From: Candidatus Omnitrophota bacterium
Lineage (GTDB): Bacteria > Omnitrophota > Gorgyraeia > Zapsychrales > Fredricksoniimonadaceae
Direction: 5' to 3'
Assembly: GCA_030650275.1 (NCBI GenBank)
Contig: JAUSEK010000011.1
Coordinates: 73,890-137,889, forward strand
Length of the DNA stretch: 64,000 bases
The position numbers and the translations under genes are program-made. Positions 17,503-26,990 of the stretch are shown here, piece after piece. The notes beneath the pieces are model-generated. The model was not told the origin of the DNA. It saw only the letters and a program-made list of their open reading frames with translations, and searched no databases. Numbering within the stretch: the stretch's first letter is position 1; each line of letters starts with the position of its first letter.

Positions 17503-17969
17503 TGGAGCTTTCATTTCGAGACGCGGTGTGGGAAGATGCAGAATTTCTTTTGTCATTGCGCAATGATCCTTCAGTTTGGCCCCACTGTATTCAAGCACGT
17601 CCTGTTGGCCGGAGGGAGCATCTGGAGTGGTTTAAAGACGTATTGCGGCGGGATGATGTAAGAATTTTTATTTTGTTTCAGGACCGTATTTCCATTGGGC
17701 AGGTGCGGTATGATCTTAAGCAGGAGGGGGCTTATGTCAGCATTTCCCTTTGCGCAGATCACCAAGGGCAGGGGTTTGGCGTCCAGGCGCTTAAGTTGAC
17801 GGGTCAAAAGATCTTTTCTCTAGCCAATGTGACGGCTTTAAAAGCCCTTATTAAAGAAAATAATAAGGGATCCTTGCGGTGTTTTAAAAATGCAGGCTTC
17901 TGCCGTATAGACAGAGAAAGAAATGGGAACGAATATTTTATGATCATGGAGCTTCGCAAAGCCAGTTAA
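17499..17969 (+). CDS. PseH-like GNAT N-acetyltransferase
   Basis: LRNDPSV, EHLEWF, IGQVRYD, QGQGFG, N.GS...F..AGF; resembles the GNAT domain of PseG-PseH fusions. Confidence 0.7.
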   Translation: MMELSFRDAVWEDAEFLLSLRNDPSVWPHCIQARPVGRREHLEWFKDVLRRDDVRIFILFQDRISIGQVRYDLKQEGAYVSISLCADHQGQGFGVQALKLTGQKIFSLANVTALKALIKENNKGSLRCFKNAGFCRIDRERNGNEYFMIMELRKAS

Positions 17970-17988
17970 CCCTTCGAAGCATTAATTC

Positions 17989-18016
17989 TTGACAGGACTA
18001 CTAATTCTCTTATAAT
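17989..18016 (+). promoter_or_regulatory. Consensus sigma70 promoter P2 (paralog of P1)
   Basis: TTGACA (17989-17994), 16-bp spacer, TATAAT (18011-18016). Confidence 0.85.
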
Positions 18017-18019
18017 TAT

Positions 18020-18034
18020 GTTCAATAATTGAAC
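18020..18034. promoter_or_regulatory. Palindromic operator, copy 2 (GTTCAATAATTGAAC)
   Basis: Identical to 6235-6249 and overlaps the predicted +1 of P2. Confidence 0.8.
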
Positions 18035-18053
18035 TTTAAAACCTTAACTCCTT

Positions 18054-18098
18054 ATGCCTAAAGAAGTTTTAAACAAGCTTGAATTATGTCGGAGGTGA
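18054..18098 (+). pseudogene. 14-codon relic/uORF homologous to the N-terminus of the MarR-like regulator
   Basis: MPKEVLNKLELCRR* versus regulator MPKELLNEREF. ATGCCTAAAGAA(g/c)TTTTAAAC is shared at 20/21 nt. The stop codon lies within the gmhA RBS (GGAGGTGA). Confidence 0.75.
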
Positions 18099-18100
18099 TC

Positions 18101-18715
18101 ATGAACACCCTGGAAGAGATATTTAAGGAAAGCGGCCTGCGGGCCGATTATTTCAGAAAATATGGTGATTATGTCCAAAAATTGATCTCCGAGATCGATG
18201 TTGAGTCACTCAAAAGGGCGGTTGACTGCTTTTTGGAAGCCAGAAAGAATGACAAAACCATTTATTTTGCCGGTAACGGGGGAAGCGCTGCCACCGCCTC
18301 TCATTTTGCTCAGGACTTAAGCGAGGTCGGCCGCAAGATCCGGGGCAAAGGTTTCAGGGCCCAAAGCATCAATGACAATTCTTCTGCCCTGACAGCCATC
18401 AGCAATGATTATGGCTATGAAGACGTGTTCTCACTGCAGATCCAATACAGTTTTAATGCCGGCGATGTTCTGGTGGTCATCTCCGCCAGCGGCAATAGCC
18501 CCAATGTGGTCAAGGCCGTAGAACTGGCGAAGGAAAGAGGAGGAAGGACCGTGGCCCTGGTGGGGTTTGATGGCGGCCGCTTGGCCCAGATCTGCGATCA
18601 CGCGGTCCATATTAAGAGCAAAAAAGGGGAATACGGCCCGGTTGAGGATGTTCATTTGATCTTAAACCATATGATCGTTTCTTACCTGATGATGGAGTTG
18701 AAGAAAGAAAGCTGA
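18101..18715 (+). CDS. gmhA: Sedoheptulose-7-phosphate isomerase (SIS domain)
   Basis: [35 protein letters not shown]; RBS GGAGG at 18091. Confidence 0.82.
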   Translation: MNTLEEIFKESGLRADYFRKYGDYVQKLISEIDVESLKRAVDCFLEARKNDKTIYFAGNGGSAATASHFAQDLSEVGRKIRGKGFRAQSINDNSSALTAISNDYGYEDVFSLQIQYSFNAGDVLVVISASGNSPNVVKAVELAKERGGRTVALVGFDGGRLAQICDHAVHIKSKKGEYGPVEDVHLILNHMIVSYLMMELKKES

Positions 18716-19710
18716 TGAAAGAAAAGAAAATTTTAGTGACGGGTGGGGCGGGTTTTATCGGGAGCCATCTGGTTGACCGGCTGGTGGAAGAAGGCCATTC
18801 GGTCACGGTCATTGACAATTTTTCCACGGGCCGCCCCGGCAACCTCGCCCATCAAAAGAACAATGTCCGGATCATTGAAGCCGATATCACCGATTTTGAC
18901 GCCATTTTTCCTTATTTTAGGGAGCAGGAGATCGTCTTTCATTTGGCCGCTTTAGCCGACATTGTGCCTTCCATTGTCAAGCCCCGTGGATATTACGTGT
19001 CGAATGTTTTGGGGACCATGAATGTCGCCGAGGCCGCGCGCCTGGCCAAGGTCCAGAAACTCGTTTATTCCGCCTCGTCCTCCTGTTACGGCATTCCTTC
19101 CCGGGAGTTTTACCCGACCCCGGAAGGCGCTCCCATCCATCCCCAATATCCTTATGCATTGACGAAATATTTAGGGGAGCAGACCCTCCTGCATTGGGCA
19201 GGGGTGTATGGCTTGCCGGTTGTTTCCTTACGGTTGTTCAATGTGTATGGGCCGCGCTCCAGGACTTCAGGGACTTATGGCGCTGTGTTCGGGGTTTTTT
19301 TGGCTCAAAAACTTGATGGCAAACCTTATACCGTTGTCGGCGATGGGGATCAGACGCGCGATTTTATTTTTGTCACGGATGTGGCCCGCGCCATGGCGAC
19401 CGCCGCCTTTTCACCGGTCAAAAATGAAATTTTTAACGTAGGGGCCGGAAATCCCCAGAGCGTTAATACCCTGGTTTCTTTGCTCGGCGGAGAAAAAATC
19501 CACATCCCCAAACGCCCCGGCGAACCGGATTGCACCTGGGCGGATATCCGCAAGATCAAATCTGCTCTTTCCTGGGAGCCGAAAGTATCTTTTGCTCAAG
19601 GCGTGCAGGAGATCCTCAAAGACATTGATTACTGGAAAGACGCGCCGGTATGGACGCCCGCCACGATCGAGAAAGCCACAGAGGACTGGTTTAAATATCT
19701 GGTCAAGTAA
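18715..19710 (+). CDS. NAD-dependent NDP-sugar epimerase/dehydratase
   Basis: [42 protein letters not shown]. Confidence 0.88.
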   Translation: MKEKKILVTGGAGFIGSHLVDRLVEEGHSVTVIDNFSTGRPGNLAHQKNNVRIIEADITDFDAIFPYFREQEIVFHLAALADIVPSIVKPRGYYVSNVLGTMNVAEAARLAKVQKLVYSASSSCYGIPSREFYPTPEGAPIHPQYPYALTKYLGEQTLLHWAGVYGLPVVSLRLFNVYGPRSRTSGTYGAVFGVFLAQKLDGKPYTVVGDGDQTRDFIFVTDVARAMATAAFSPVKNEIFNVGAGNPQSVNTLVSLLGGEKIHIPKRPGEPDCTWADIRKIKSALSWEPKVSFAQGVQEILKDIDYWKDAPVWTPATIEKATEDWFKYLVK

Positions 19711-19712
19711 AT

Positions 19713-21245
19713 ATGGACCTCAAAATTCTAAAAAAAATACAATCACCCGCCAAGCTGGCCAAGATCGTTGAAGACCTTAAGAAAAAAGGAAAGAAGGTGG
19801 TGCTTTGCCATGGCGTGTTCGATATCATCCATTTAGGGCATATACGCCATTTTAATCAGGCCAAGGAGCAGGGGGATGTTTTGATCACCACTCTGACCCA
19901 AGACAAATATGTCAAACGCGGGCCCGGCCGTCCGTATTTTACCGGCCGCTTGCGCGCCGAGACGCTGGCGTCTCTGGCCATGACGGACTATGTGTCCATC
20001 GTGGATGCCCCCACCGCGACGGATTTTATCCGCAAGGTGCGTCCCGATGTTTATGCCAAAGGCCCCGACTACAAGGCCAAGGACAAGGATGTGACCGGCA
20101 AGATCTTTGAAGAGGAAGAAGCTATCAAGGCCGTGGGCGGAAGGCTGTTTCTCACCGACGATATCACCTTCAGTTCCTCAAAGCTCATCAATGATTATCT
20201 GGATGCCTATCCTCCACGGACCGTGAAATACCTTAAGGCCATCAACAAGCGCTATAACATTGATTACATCGTCGGATCATTGGAGGCTTTAAAGAAATTA
20301 AAAGTGCTGGTGGTCGGTGACACCATCATGGATGAATATCATTACTGTTCGCCTCTAGGTAAGTCTTCCAAAGAACATTTGGTGGTCAACCGCTATGAAT
20401 CCAGGGAAATGTTCGCCGGCGGTGCTCTGGCGACGGCGAATAATGCGGCGAGCGTCTGCGGACAGGTGGATTTGGTGACGATCCTGGGCGCCAAGAGATC
20501 TTACAAGGATTTTATCGGATCGCATTTAAGCCCCAACGTCAAGCCAACTTTTTTCACCCGTCCGGATACCGGCACAATTGTCAAAAGAAGGTATGTTAAC
20601 AAGATCCAGAACCGCAAGCTATTCGAGATCTGTTTTATCGATGATTCCGATATCGCCGGCCGGGAAGAAGAAAAGGTCCTCAAGCATCTCAATAAGGTGA
20701 TCAAAAATTATGATCTGGTCATCATTTCCGATTATGGGCATGGATTTCTCACCAAGCGGATCCGCGACTTGATCTGTGTCAAGGCCAAGTATTTGGCCCT
20801 GAATGTTCAGACCAACAGCGCCAATATCGGGTTTAATCTGATCACCAAATACCGTCGGGCCAACTGCGTATGCGTGGATGAATTGGAATTACGCTATGCC
20901 ACTCACGACCGGGTCAGCGATCTGAGGACCCATGCCAAAAAGGTTTACCAGCAGATGCATTGCGAACACATCATCGCGACCCGCGGATCTTCCGGGTCCC
21001 TGTGTTATTCCAAGAAAAAAGGTTTTCATGAAACGCCGGCTTTTTCCAGCCGCGTGGTCGATGCCATCGGCGCGGGAGATGCTTTTTTCGCGTTCATCGC
21101 ACCCTGTTTTGCGGCACGCTTGCCCCAGGAAGTCGTTTCTTTTATCGGGAACGCCGTCGGATCCTTGGCGGTCCAGATCGTTTGTAACCGTGAACCGGTC
21201 AATGCGATCGACCTTATTAAATTCATCACAAGATTATTAAAATAA
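19713..21245 (+). CDS. Bifunctional nucleotidyltransferase + PfkB sugar kinase (HldE/RfaE-like, reversed domain order)
   Basis: N-terminal HGVFDIIHLGHI, KGPDY, FSSS; C-terminal VGDTIMDEY, ISDYGHG, DAIGAGDAF. Confidence 0.85.
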   Translation: MDLKILKKIQSPAKLAKIVEDLKKKGKKVVLCHGVFDIIHLGHIRHFNQAKEQGDVLITTLTQDKYVKRGPGRPYFTGRLRAETLASLAMTDYVSIVDAPTATDFIRKVRPDVYAKGPDYKAKDKDVTGKIFEEEEAIKAVGGRLFLTDDITFSSSKLINDYLDAYPPRTVKYLKAINKRYNIDYIVGSLEALKKLKVLVVGDTIMDEYHYCSPLGKSSKEHLVVNRYESREMFAGGALATANNAASVCGQVDLVTILGAKRSYKDFIGSHLSPNVKPTFFTRPDTGTIVKRRYVNKIQNRKLFEICFIDDSDIAGREEEKVLKHLNKVIKNYDLVIISDYGHGFLTKRIRDLICVKAKYLALNVQTNSANIGFNLITKYRRANCVCVDELELRYATHDRVSDLRTHAKKVYQQMHCEHIIATRGSSGSLCYSKKKGFHETPAFSSRVVDAIGAGDAFFAFIAPCFAARLPQEVVSFIGNAVGSLAVQIVCNREPVNAIDLIKFITRLLK

Positions 21246-21258
21246 GAAAGGGTATTTT

Positions 21259-22284
21259 ATGGGCAAAGTGAACACTGTTCTGGTGACCGGCGGGGCGGGA
21301 TATGTCGGCGCGATCCTTATCCCGAAGTTATTGGAGAAAGGTTACCGGGTCAAAGTCCTGGATCTCTACACTTACGGAACGGATGTTTTCGACGGGATTA
21401 AGGATAAATCACGCTTAGAAGAGATCAAGGGCGACATTTGCGATACAGATTTGCTTAAGAAAAGTTTGGTTGGCGTTGAAGCCGTCATCCATTTGGCCTG
21501 TATTTCCAATGACCCGACCTTTGAATTGAATCCCGCGTTAAGCCGCAAGGTGAATTACGATGCCTTTGAACCCCTGGTGCGGACAGCCAAAGAAAGCGGG
21601 GTGCGCCGGTTTGTTTATGCTTCGACCTGCAGTGTTTACGGTGTCAGCGACGCCGAGAATGTTACCGAAGATCATCCGCTTTTGCCCGTCACTGATTACA
21701 ACAAGTATAAAGGATTATGTGAGCCCATTCTCTGGAAATACCGATCGCCGGGATTTACGGCCACGACCATCCGGCCGGCCACGGTTTGCGGGTATTCTCC
21801 CCGGCAGAGGTTTGACCTGACCGTCAATATTTTGACCAATCACGCGTATAACAACAATCATATCATCGTTTTTGGCGGTCAGCAGGAGCGTCCGAATCTG
21901 CACATTGAAGACATGACGGACCTGTATTGTTTACTTTTGGAATTGCCGGATGAAAAGATCGCGGGCAAAACCTACAACGCCGGTTATCAGAACCGTTCGG
22001 TCGCTGATATCGCCGAGATCGTTCGCCGGGTCATGGCTGAGGAATTGCCGGAGCGCCCCCCGATCACTGTGGAAACGCGGCCGTCCGACGACATCCGTTC
22101 CTACCGTATTTCTTCGGAAAAGATCAAACGCGAATTGAATTTTGTCCCCAAGCACACCATTGAAGATGCCGTGCGGGATCTCATCAGGGCCTTTAAAGCC
22201 GGGAAGTTCCAGGACCCCTTGAATAATATCCGGTATTTCAATATTAAGACGCTCAAATCGACGGAGCCCCAATGCGCTGTTTGA
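21259..22284 (+). CDS. NAD-dependent NDP-sugar epimerase/dehydratase
   Basis: TGGAGYVG, HLACISND, ASTCSVYG, YNKYK, RFDLTVN. Confidence 0.87.
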   Translation: MGKVNTVLVTGGAGYVGAILIPKLLEKGYRVKVLDLYTYGTDVFDGIKDKSRLEEIKGDICDTDLLKKSLVGVEAVIHLACISNDPTFELNPALSRKVNYDAFEPLVRTAKESGVRRFVYASTCSVYGVSDAENVTEDHPLLPVTDYNKYKGLCEPILWKYRSPGFTATTIRPATVCGYSPRQRFDLTVNILTNHAYNNNHIIVFGGQQERPNLHIEDMTDLYCLLLELPDEKIAGKTYNAGYQNRSVADIAEIVRRVMAEELPERPPITVETRPSDDIRSYRISSEKIKRELNFVPKHTIEDAVRDLIRAFKAGKFQDPLNNIRYFNIKTLKSTEPQCAV

Positions 22285-23387
22285 TGAATATCCCTTATGT
22301 GGATTTGGCCGAACAGCACGCTCCCCTCAAAGAGAAATTGCTGGAAGCGGTCAGCAGGGTCTTGGATCACGGGAAGTTTGTTTTAGGCGAAGAGGTGGCC
22401 GAATTTGAACGGCGTTTTGCAAAATTGTGTGGCGTGCAATATGCAGCGGCGCTCAATTCCGGGACAGATGCGCTTATTCTGGCTTTGCGGACGCTGGGGG
22501 TCACAGCCGGGGATGAGGTCATCACCGTTTCCAATTCTTTTGTGTCCTCGACGAGCTGTATTGTTTGCGCGGGAGCCAAGCCGGTTTTTGTGGATGTGGG
22601 AGAAGATTATCTGATGGATCCGGCTTTGATCGAAAAATCCATCACGCCGCGGACCAAAGCGATCTTACCGGTGCATTGGACCGGCCGCCCGGCGGACATG
22701 AAAGCGGTCATGGCCATCGCGAAGAAACATAACCTGCCCGTGATCGAGGATTGCGCGCAGGCCGTGAGCGCCGAACTCAACGGACAAAAGGTGGGCTCTT
22801 TTGGCGATGCCGGGTGTTTCAGTCTTCACCCTCTGAAAACCCTCAACGCCTGCGGTGATGGGGGTATTTTGACAACCAACGATCAAGAGACGTATGACAA
22901 GATCCTGGCCTTGCGTGATAACGGATTTTACCGGCGCCATGAATGCATTTACTGGAGCAATAATTCCCGGCTTGACACCATTCACGCGGCCATGCTTTTG
23001 GTGAAACTGGATCATCTGGAAGACTGGACAGAGGCCCGCCGCGCCAACGCGCATTTTTATCAAAAACATTTGGCCGGTTTATCGGCGGTTCAGGCGCCCA
23101 TTGCAGAAGAAAATATGCGCGCGGTTTACCACACCTTTATCATCCAGGCGGACCGCCGGGATGAACTTCAGGCCTTTTTAGCGGATAAGGGAGTGGGGAC
23201 CAAGGTGCATTACGCGGTGCCGATCCATCTTCAGCGGGCTGCCAAGGAGTTGAAATACAAAAAGGGCAGCTTGCCGGTGACCGAAGGGCAGGCCGAGCGG
23301 GTTTTAAGTCTGCCGGTTTCCCAGTCGCTTCAGCCGGACATGCTCGAGTATGTCGTTAACGCCGTTAAAGATTTTTATAAACGATAA
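22284..23387 (+). CDS. DegT/DnrJ/EryC1/StrS sugar aminotransferase
   Basis: NSGTDAL, GDEVIT, EDCAQA, SLHPLKTLNACGDGG, NSRLD. ATG overlaps the upstream TGA. Confidence 0.9.
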   Translation: MNIPYVDLAEQHAPLKEKLLEAVSRVLDHGKFVLGEEVAEFERRFAKLCGVQYAAALNSGTDALILALRTLGVTAGDEVITVSNSFVSSTSCIVCAGAKPVFVDVGEDYLMDPALIEKSITPRTKAILPVHWTGRPADMKAVMAIAKKHNLPVIEDCAQAVSAELNGQKVGSFGDAGCFSLHPLKTLNACGDGGILTTNDQETYDKILALRDNGFYRRHECIYWSNNSRLDTIHAAMLLVKLDHLEDWTEARRANAHFYQKHLAGLSAVQAPIAEENMRAVYHTFIIQADRRDELQAFLADKGVGTKVHYAVPIHLQRAAKELKYKKGSLPVTEGQAERVLSLPVSQSLQPDMLEYVVNAVKDFYKR

Positions 23388-23395
23388 GGATCATT

Positions 23396-24544
23396 ATGAA
23401 CGTACCGTATTCTTACTTGGATGAACAATTCGCGCAGATCGATGACTATCTGGAGGATGTCCGTAAGCTTGTTCAAAGTGGAGATTTTACCCTCGGCAAA
23501 CCCGTGACGGAATTCGAAGAGCGATTTGCTGAATTATGCAACCTCCCGCACGCGATCGGTGTCGGTTCCGGAACGGATGCGCTCATTCTTTCTTTAAAGA
23601 TCATTGGCGTTGGGCCGGGAGATGAGGTCATTACGACCCCTAATACCTTTATTTCGACGGTTGGCGCGATCGTCATGGTGGGCGCCAAGCCGGTCTTTGT
23701 CGATAATAACGATGAATACACGATCGACGTGGACAAGATCGAGCAGGCGATCACCCAAAAAACCAAAGCACTTTTGCCGGTTCATTTGACCGGATGTCCG
23801 GCGGACATGCCGCGGATCATGGCCATCGCCAAGAAACATAAGCTGTTGGTCGTCGAAGACGCGGCCCAGGCGATCCTGGCTAAGATCGACGGTAAACATG
23901 TGGGCTTCTGGGGAGAAACCGCCTGTTTTAGTTTGCATCCTTTGAAAAATTTGAATGTTTGGGGCGATGGCGGCGTGATCGTGACCCGTTGTGCAGAATT
24001 GGATCGAAAATTAAAACTTTTTCGCAACCACGGCATGACCACCCGTGATGAGATCGAGATGTTTGCGCACAATTCCCGTCTGGATTCACTTCAGGCGGTG
24101 ATCGGCAATCGTTTGATCAACGAGGTTGAGGACATCACCCAAAAGCGCATTGCCAATGCCCGGCAGTATGACGAGGCGTTCAAGGACCTGAAAGAATCCA
24201 TCACGGTCCCCAAGCGCCGGCCCAATGTTCAACAGGTTTATCACACTTATGTGCTGCGCGTCAAAGATCGCGATGTGCTTTTGGAGCATCTGATCAAGCG
24301 TGGCATTAAGGCCAAGGTCCATTATCCGATCCCGGTCCATTTGCAAAAAGCAGCCGCGTATCTTGGATATAAGAAAGGCGATTTCCCGGTGTGCGAAGCG
24401 GATGCCAAGAGGATCCTCAGCCTGCCGGTCCATCAGTATCTGAGCCCTGAGCAAATGGCCTATGTGATCGATGCTGTGCGGGACTTTTATCGCAAGGGCG
24501 CCCCGGGGAGCGCGAAAGAAGATGCATTTTATTCTCGGCGTTGA
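23396..24544 (+). CDS. DegT/DnrJ/EryC1/StrS sugar aminotransferase (tandem paralog)
   Basis: GSGTDAL, EDAAQA, SLHPLKNLNVWGDGG, NSRLD, VHYPIPVH. Confidence 0.9.
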   Translation: MNVPYSYLDEQFAQIDDYLEDVRKLVQSGDFTLGKPVTEFEERFAELCNLPHAIGVGSGTDALILSLKIIGVGPGDEVITTPNTFISTVGAIVMVGAKPVFVDNNDEYTIDVDKIEQAITQKTKALLPVHLTGCPADMPRIMAIAKKHKLLVVEDAAQAILAKIDGKHVGFWGETACFSLHPLKNLNVWGDGGVIVTRCAELDRKLKLFRNHGMTTRDEIEMFAHNSRLDSLQAVIGNRLINEVEDITQKRIANARQYDEAFKDLKESITVPKRRPNVQQVYHTYVLRVKDRDVLLEHLIKRGIKAKVHYPIPVHLQKAAAYLGYKKGDFPVCEADAKRILSLPVHQYLSPEQMAYVIDAVRDFYRKGAPGSAKEDAFYSRR

Positions 24545-25145
24545 TTTTGACAACACGCTGGTGAATTACGACGATGTTTTTTTGAAAACAGCCCGGCAGA
24601 TGGGATTGATCGAGAACGGCGCCGTCCGGCATAAAAAGAATATACGGGATGCGGTCCGTCAGCTGCCCGATGGAGAAACCAAATGGCAGCAAGTCCAGGC
24701 GCACGTGTATGGTAAGGCGATGGATGAAGCTGTTCTGATCAGCGGTGTCGGAAGATTTTTAAAGGCCTGCCGGTCTGCCGGTCTGCCGGTGTACATTGTC
24801 AGCCATAAAACCCGATTTGCCGCGCAAGATACCGACAGGATCGATTTGCGGCAAGCAGCCTTGGATTGGATGAAGCAAAAAGGGTTTTTTGATTTCCAGG
24901 GCTTTGGATTCTCGACCGATCAGGTTTTTTTTGAATCGACGCGCCAGGATAAGGTTGGGCGGATCAAACAATTGAACTGCACGCATTTTATTGATGACCT
25001 GGAGGAAACATTTTTAGAAAAGTCGTTTCCTGAACAAACCGCCAGGATCCTTTATTCCTCACAGGGGGAAGGTCCTCGCGGGGATATGAAGGTCCTGCAT
25101 GACTGGAAAGAGATCTATGACCACTTCTTTAGTAATGGAAGATAG
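24522..25145 (+). CDS. HAD-superfamily phosphatase-like protein
   Basis: Motif I GVDFDNTL, IVSHKT, motif IV FIDDL. Confidence 0.75.
   Translation: MHFILGVDFDNTLVNYDDVFLKTARQMGLIENGAVRHKKNIRDAVRQLPDGETKWQQVQAHVYGKAMDEAVLISGVGRFLKACRSAGLPVYIVSHKTRFAAQDTDRIDLRQAALDWMKQKGFFDFQGFGFSTDQVFFESTRQDKVGRIKQLNCTHFIDDLEETFLEKSFPEQTARILYSSQGEGPRGDMKVLHDWKEIYDHFFSNGR
24767..24790. repeat. Tandem repeat (CTGCCGGT)x3 within the HAD gene
   Basis: Three perfect consecutive 8-bp units. Confidence 0.85.
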
Positions 25146-26187
25146 CCGGACCATTGCGCAAGTCGAGGATCTGGCCGCGAAAATGCTCAAACGCGTTGGT
25201 GTACGCGCGAAGCGTTTGGATCGCGGGAGAAACAGCCAAGTTTTCGTTCTGGAATCCGGTGGAGAAACCCCAAGGCACGTCGTGAAATTTTATTTTCGTC
25301 ATCCGGCCGACCCGCGGGACCGCCTGGAAACCGAGTTTACCAGCTTTTCGTTTTTATGGGGACAGGGCATCGCCAGCATCCCGCGTCCCGTTGCCGTCAA
25401 TCGGGAAGGATCCTGCGCGATCTATGAATTGATCGAAGGCGATAAGATTTTACCGGCAGATATCACGACGGAAGACATCAAATACGCCGTGAATTTTCTG
25501 GCAGATCTAAAGAGGCTGAACAATACCGCGCGTTCTTCCCCTATCGCGCCTGCCTCCGACGCGTGTTTTTCGATCTCAGCGATTGTTGCGGGCATTGAAA
25601 GGCGATTGGACCGGCTGACAAAGATCAGGCCCAAAGGGCAGGAGTATGAGGAGTTGGGGTCTTTTTTACGGGAAGATTTCAAACCGTTTCTGGGCATTTT
25701 AACCCAGTGGGCCAAAGAACAATGTTCCAGGAAACGCATTTTTTTTGATTCTGAAGTTTCTTGGGAAGAAAGGACTTTAAGTCCGTCGGATTTCGGGTTT
25801 CACAATGCCATTCGCGCGCGGGATCAACGCATTGTTTTTCTGGATTTTGAATATTTCGGCTGGGATGATCCCTCGAAGATGGTCGTTGATTTTTTATTGC
25901 ATCCCGCAATGAGTTTGAGTGAATCGATGAAAAAATGTTTTGCGCGGGGAATGCTTGATGTTTTTAAGGAAAATGAAAGGTTGATCGACAGGATCAGGGT
26001 GGTTTATCCGTTACATGGCTTAAAATGGTGCGCGATACTGCTCAATGAATTTATTCCAAACGATTTTTCCCGCCGGTCTTTTGCCGCGGGGAATCCATTG
26101 GACCCAAGCCAGGTGCGAAGACAACAATTGTTAAAGGCCAAGGGCCTGTACCGAACGATCAAAGAAACCTACCAACAGAACATATGA
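25135..26187 (+). CDS. APH/choline-kinase-fold phosphotransferase
   Basis: GRNSQVF, VVKFY, catalytic loop LSPSDFGFHN, DFEYFGWDDP. Confidence 0.78.
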   Translation: MEDSRTIAQVEDLAAKMLKRVGVRAKRLDRGRNSQVFVLESGGETPRHVVKFYFRHPADPRDRLETEFTSFSFLWGQGIASIPRPVAVNREGSCAIYELIEGDKILPADITTEDIKYAVNFLADLKRLNNTARSSPIAPASDACFSISAIVAGIERRLDRLTKIRPKGQEYEELGSFLREDFKPFLGILTQWAKEQCSRKRIFFDSEVSWEERTLSPSDFGFHNAIRARDQRIVFLDFEYFGWDDPSKMVVDFLLHPAMSLSESMKKCFARGMLDVFKENERLIDRIRVVYPLHGLKWCAILLNEFIPNDFSRRSFAAGNPLDPSQVRRQQLLKAKGLYRTIKETYQQNI

Positions 26188-26990
26188 AACTGGACCAACG
26201 ATCGAAATATTTACGCTGTAGGATCATTGAAACGCTCAACGCCACCCGCCGCGGGCACGTCGGCGCGGCGTTGTCTTTAGTGGAAATTTTAAGAGCGCTT
26301 TATGACGATGTGCTCCGTTATGATGTCAAAAATCCCAAATGGGAAGAGCGCGACCGCTGTATTTTAAGCAAAGGCCATGGATGCCTGGCTTTGTATGTGG
26401 TTCTGCAGGACAAAGGATTTTTTCCGGAAGAAGAACTGTGGAGGTTTTGCGAGGCCGACGGGCTTTTGGGCGGGCATCCTGAGGTCAAAGTGCCCGGAGT
26501 GGAGGCCTCGACCGGAAGCCTGGGGCACGGATTACCGATCGGGATCGGTTTTGCTTTGAACGCCAGGCACGAGAAGGCCAGTCATCGCATTTTTGTGATC
26601 CTGGGTGACGGCGAATGCAATGAAGGATCGGTCTGGGAAGCGGCCCTTTGCGCCGGCAAACATAAATTGAGCAATTTAACGGTCATTGTTGATTACAACC
26701 AATATCAATCTTACGGCCCGATGCGCGAGGTCCAGAATTTGGAACCATTTGCCAAGAAGTGGGAGGCGTTTGGTTTTGCTGTCAAGGAAGTGAATGGTCA
26801 TGATGTTGCGGCGTTACGCGATGCGTTTTCCGCTTTGCCGCCCGACAACGAAAAGCCGACGGCGATCATCTGCCACACGCTCAAGGGCAAGGGCATGAAA
26901 TGCACGGAAGGCAATTTGAAATGGCATCACAAAAGCGGGATCAAGGACGAAGAGATCCGCCAGCTTTTAGACGAAGCGGAGGCATACTGA
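26184..26990 (+). CDS. Transketolase-like ThDP enzyme, N-terminal subunit
   Basis: GHVG, DRCILSKGHG, STGSLGHGL, GDGECNEGSVWEA, DYN, KGKG. Confidence 0.9.
   Translation: MKLDQRSKYLRCRIIETLNATRRGHVGAALSLVEILRALYDDVLRYDVKNPKWEERDRCILSKGHGCLALYVVLQDKGFFPEEELWRFCEADGLLGGHPEVKVPGVEASTGSLGHGLPIGIGFALNARHEKASHRIFVILGDGECNEGSVWEAALCAGKHKLSNLTVIVDYNQYQSYGPMREVQNLEPFAKKWEAFGFAVKEVNGHDVAALRDAFSALPPDNEKPTAIICHTLKGKGMKCTEGNLKWHHKSGIKDEEIRQLLDEAEAY

Noticed and set aside
25135-26187. Aminoglycoside resistance kinase
   Set aside because: Only the fold is shared; overlap with the HAD and transketolase genes indicates sugar metabolism.
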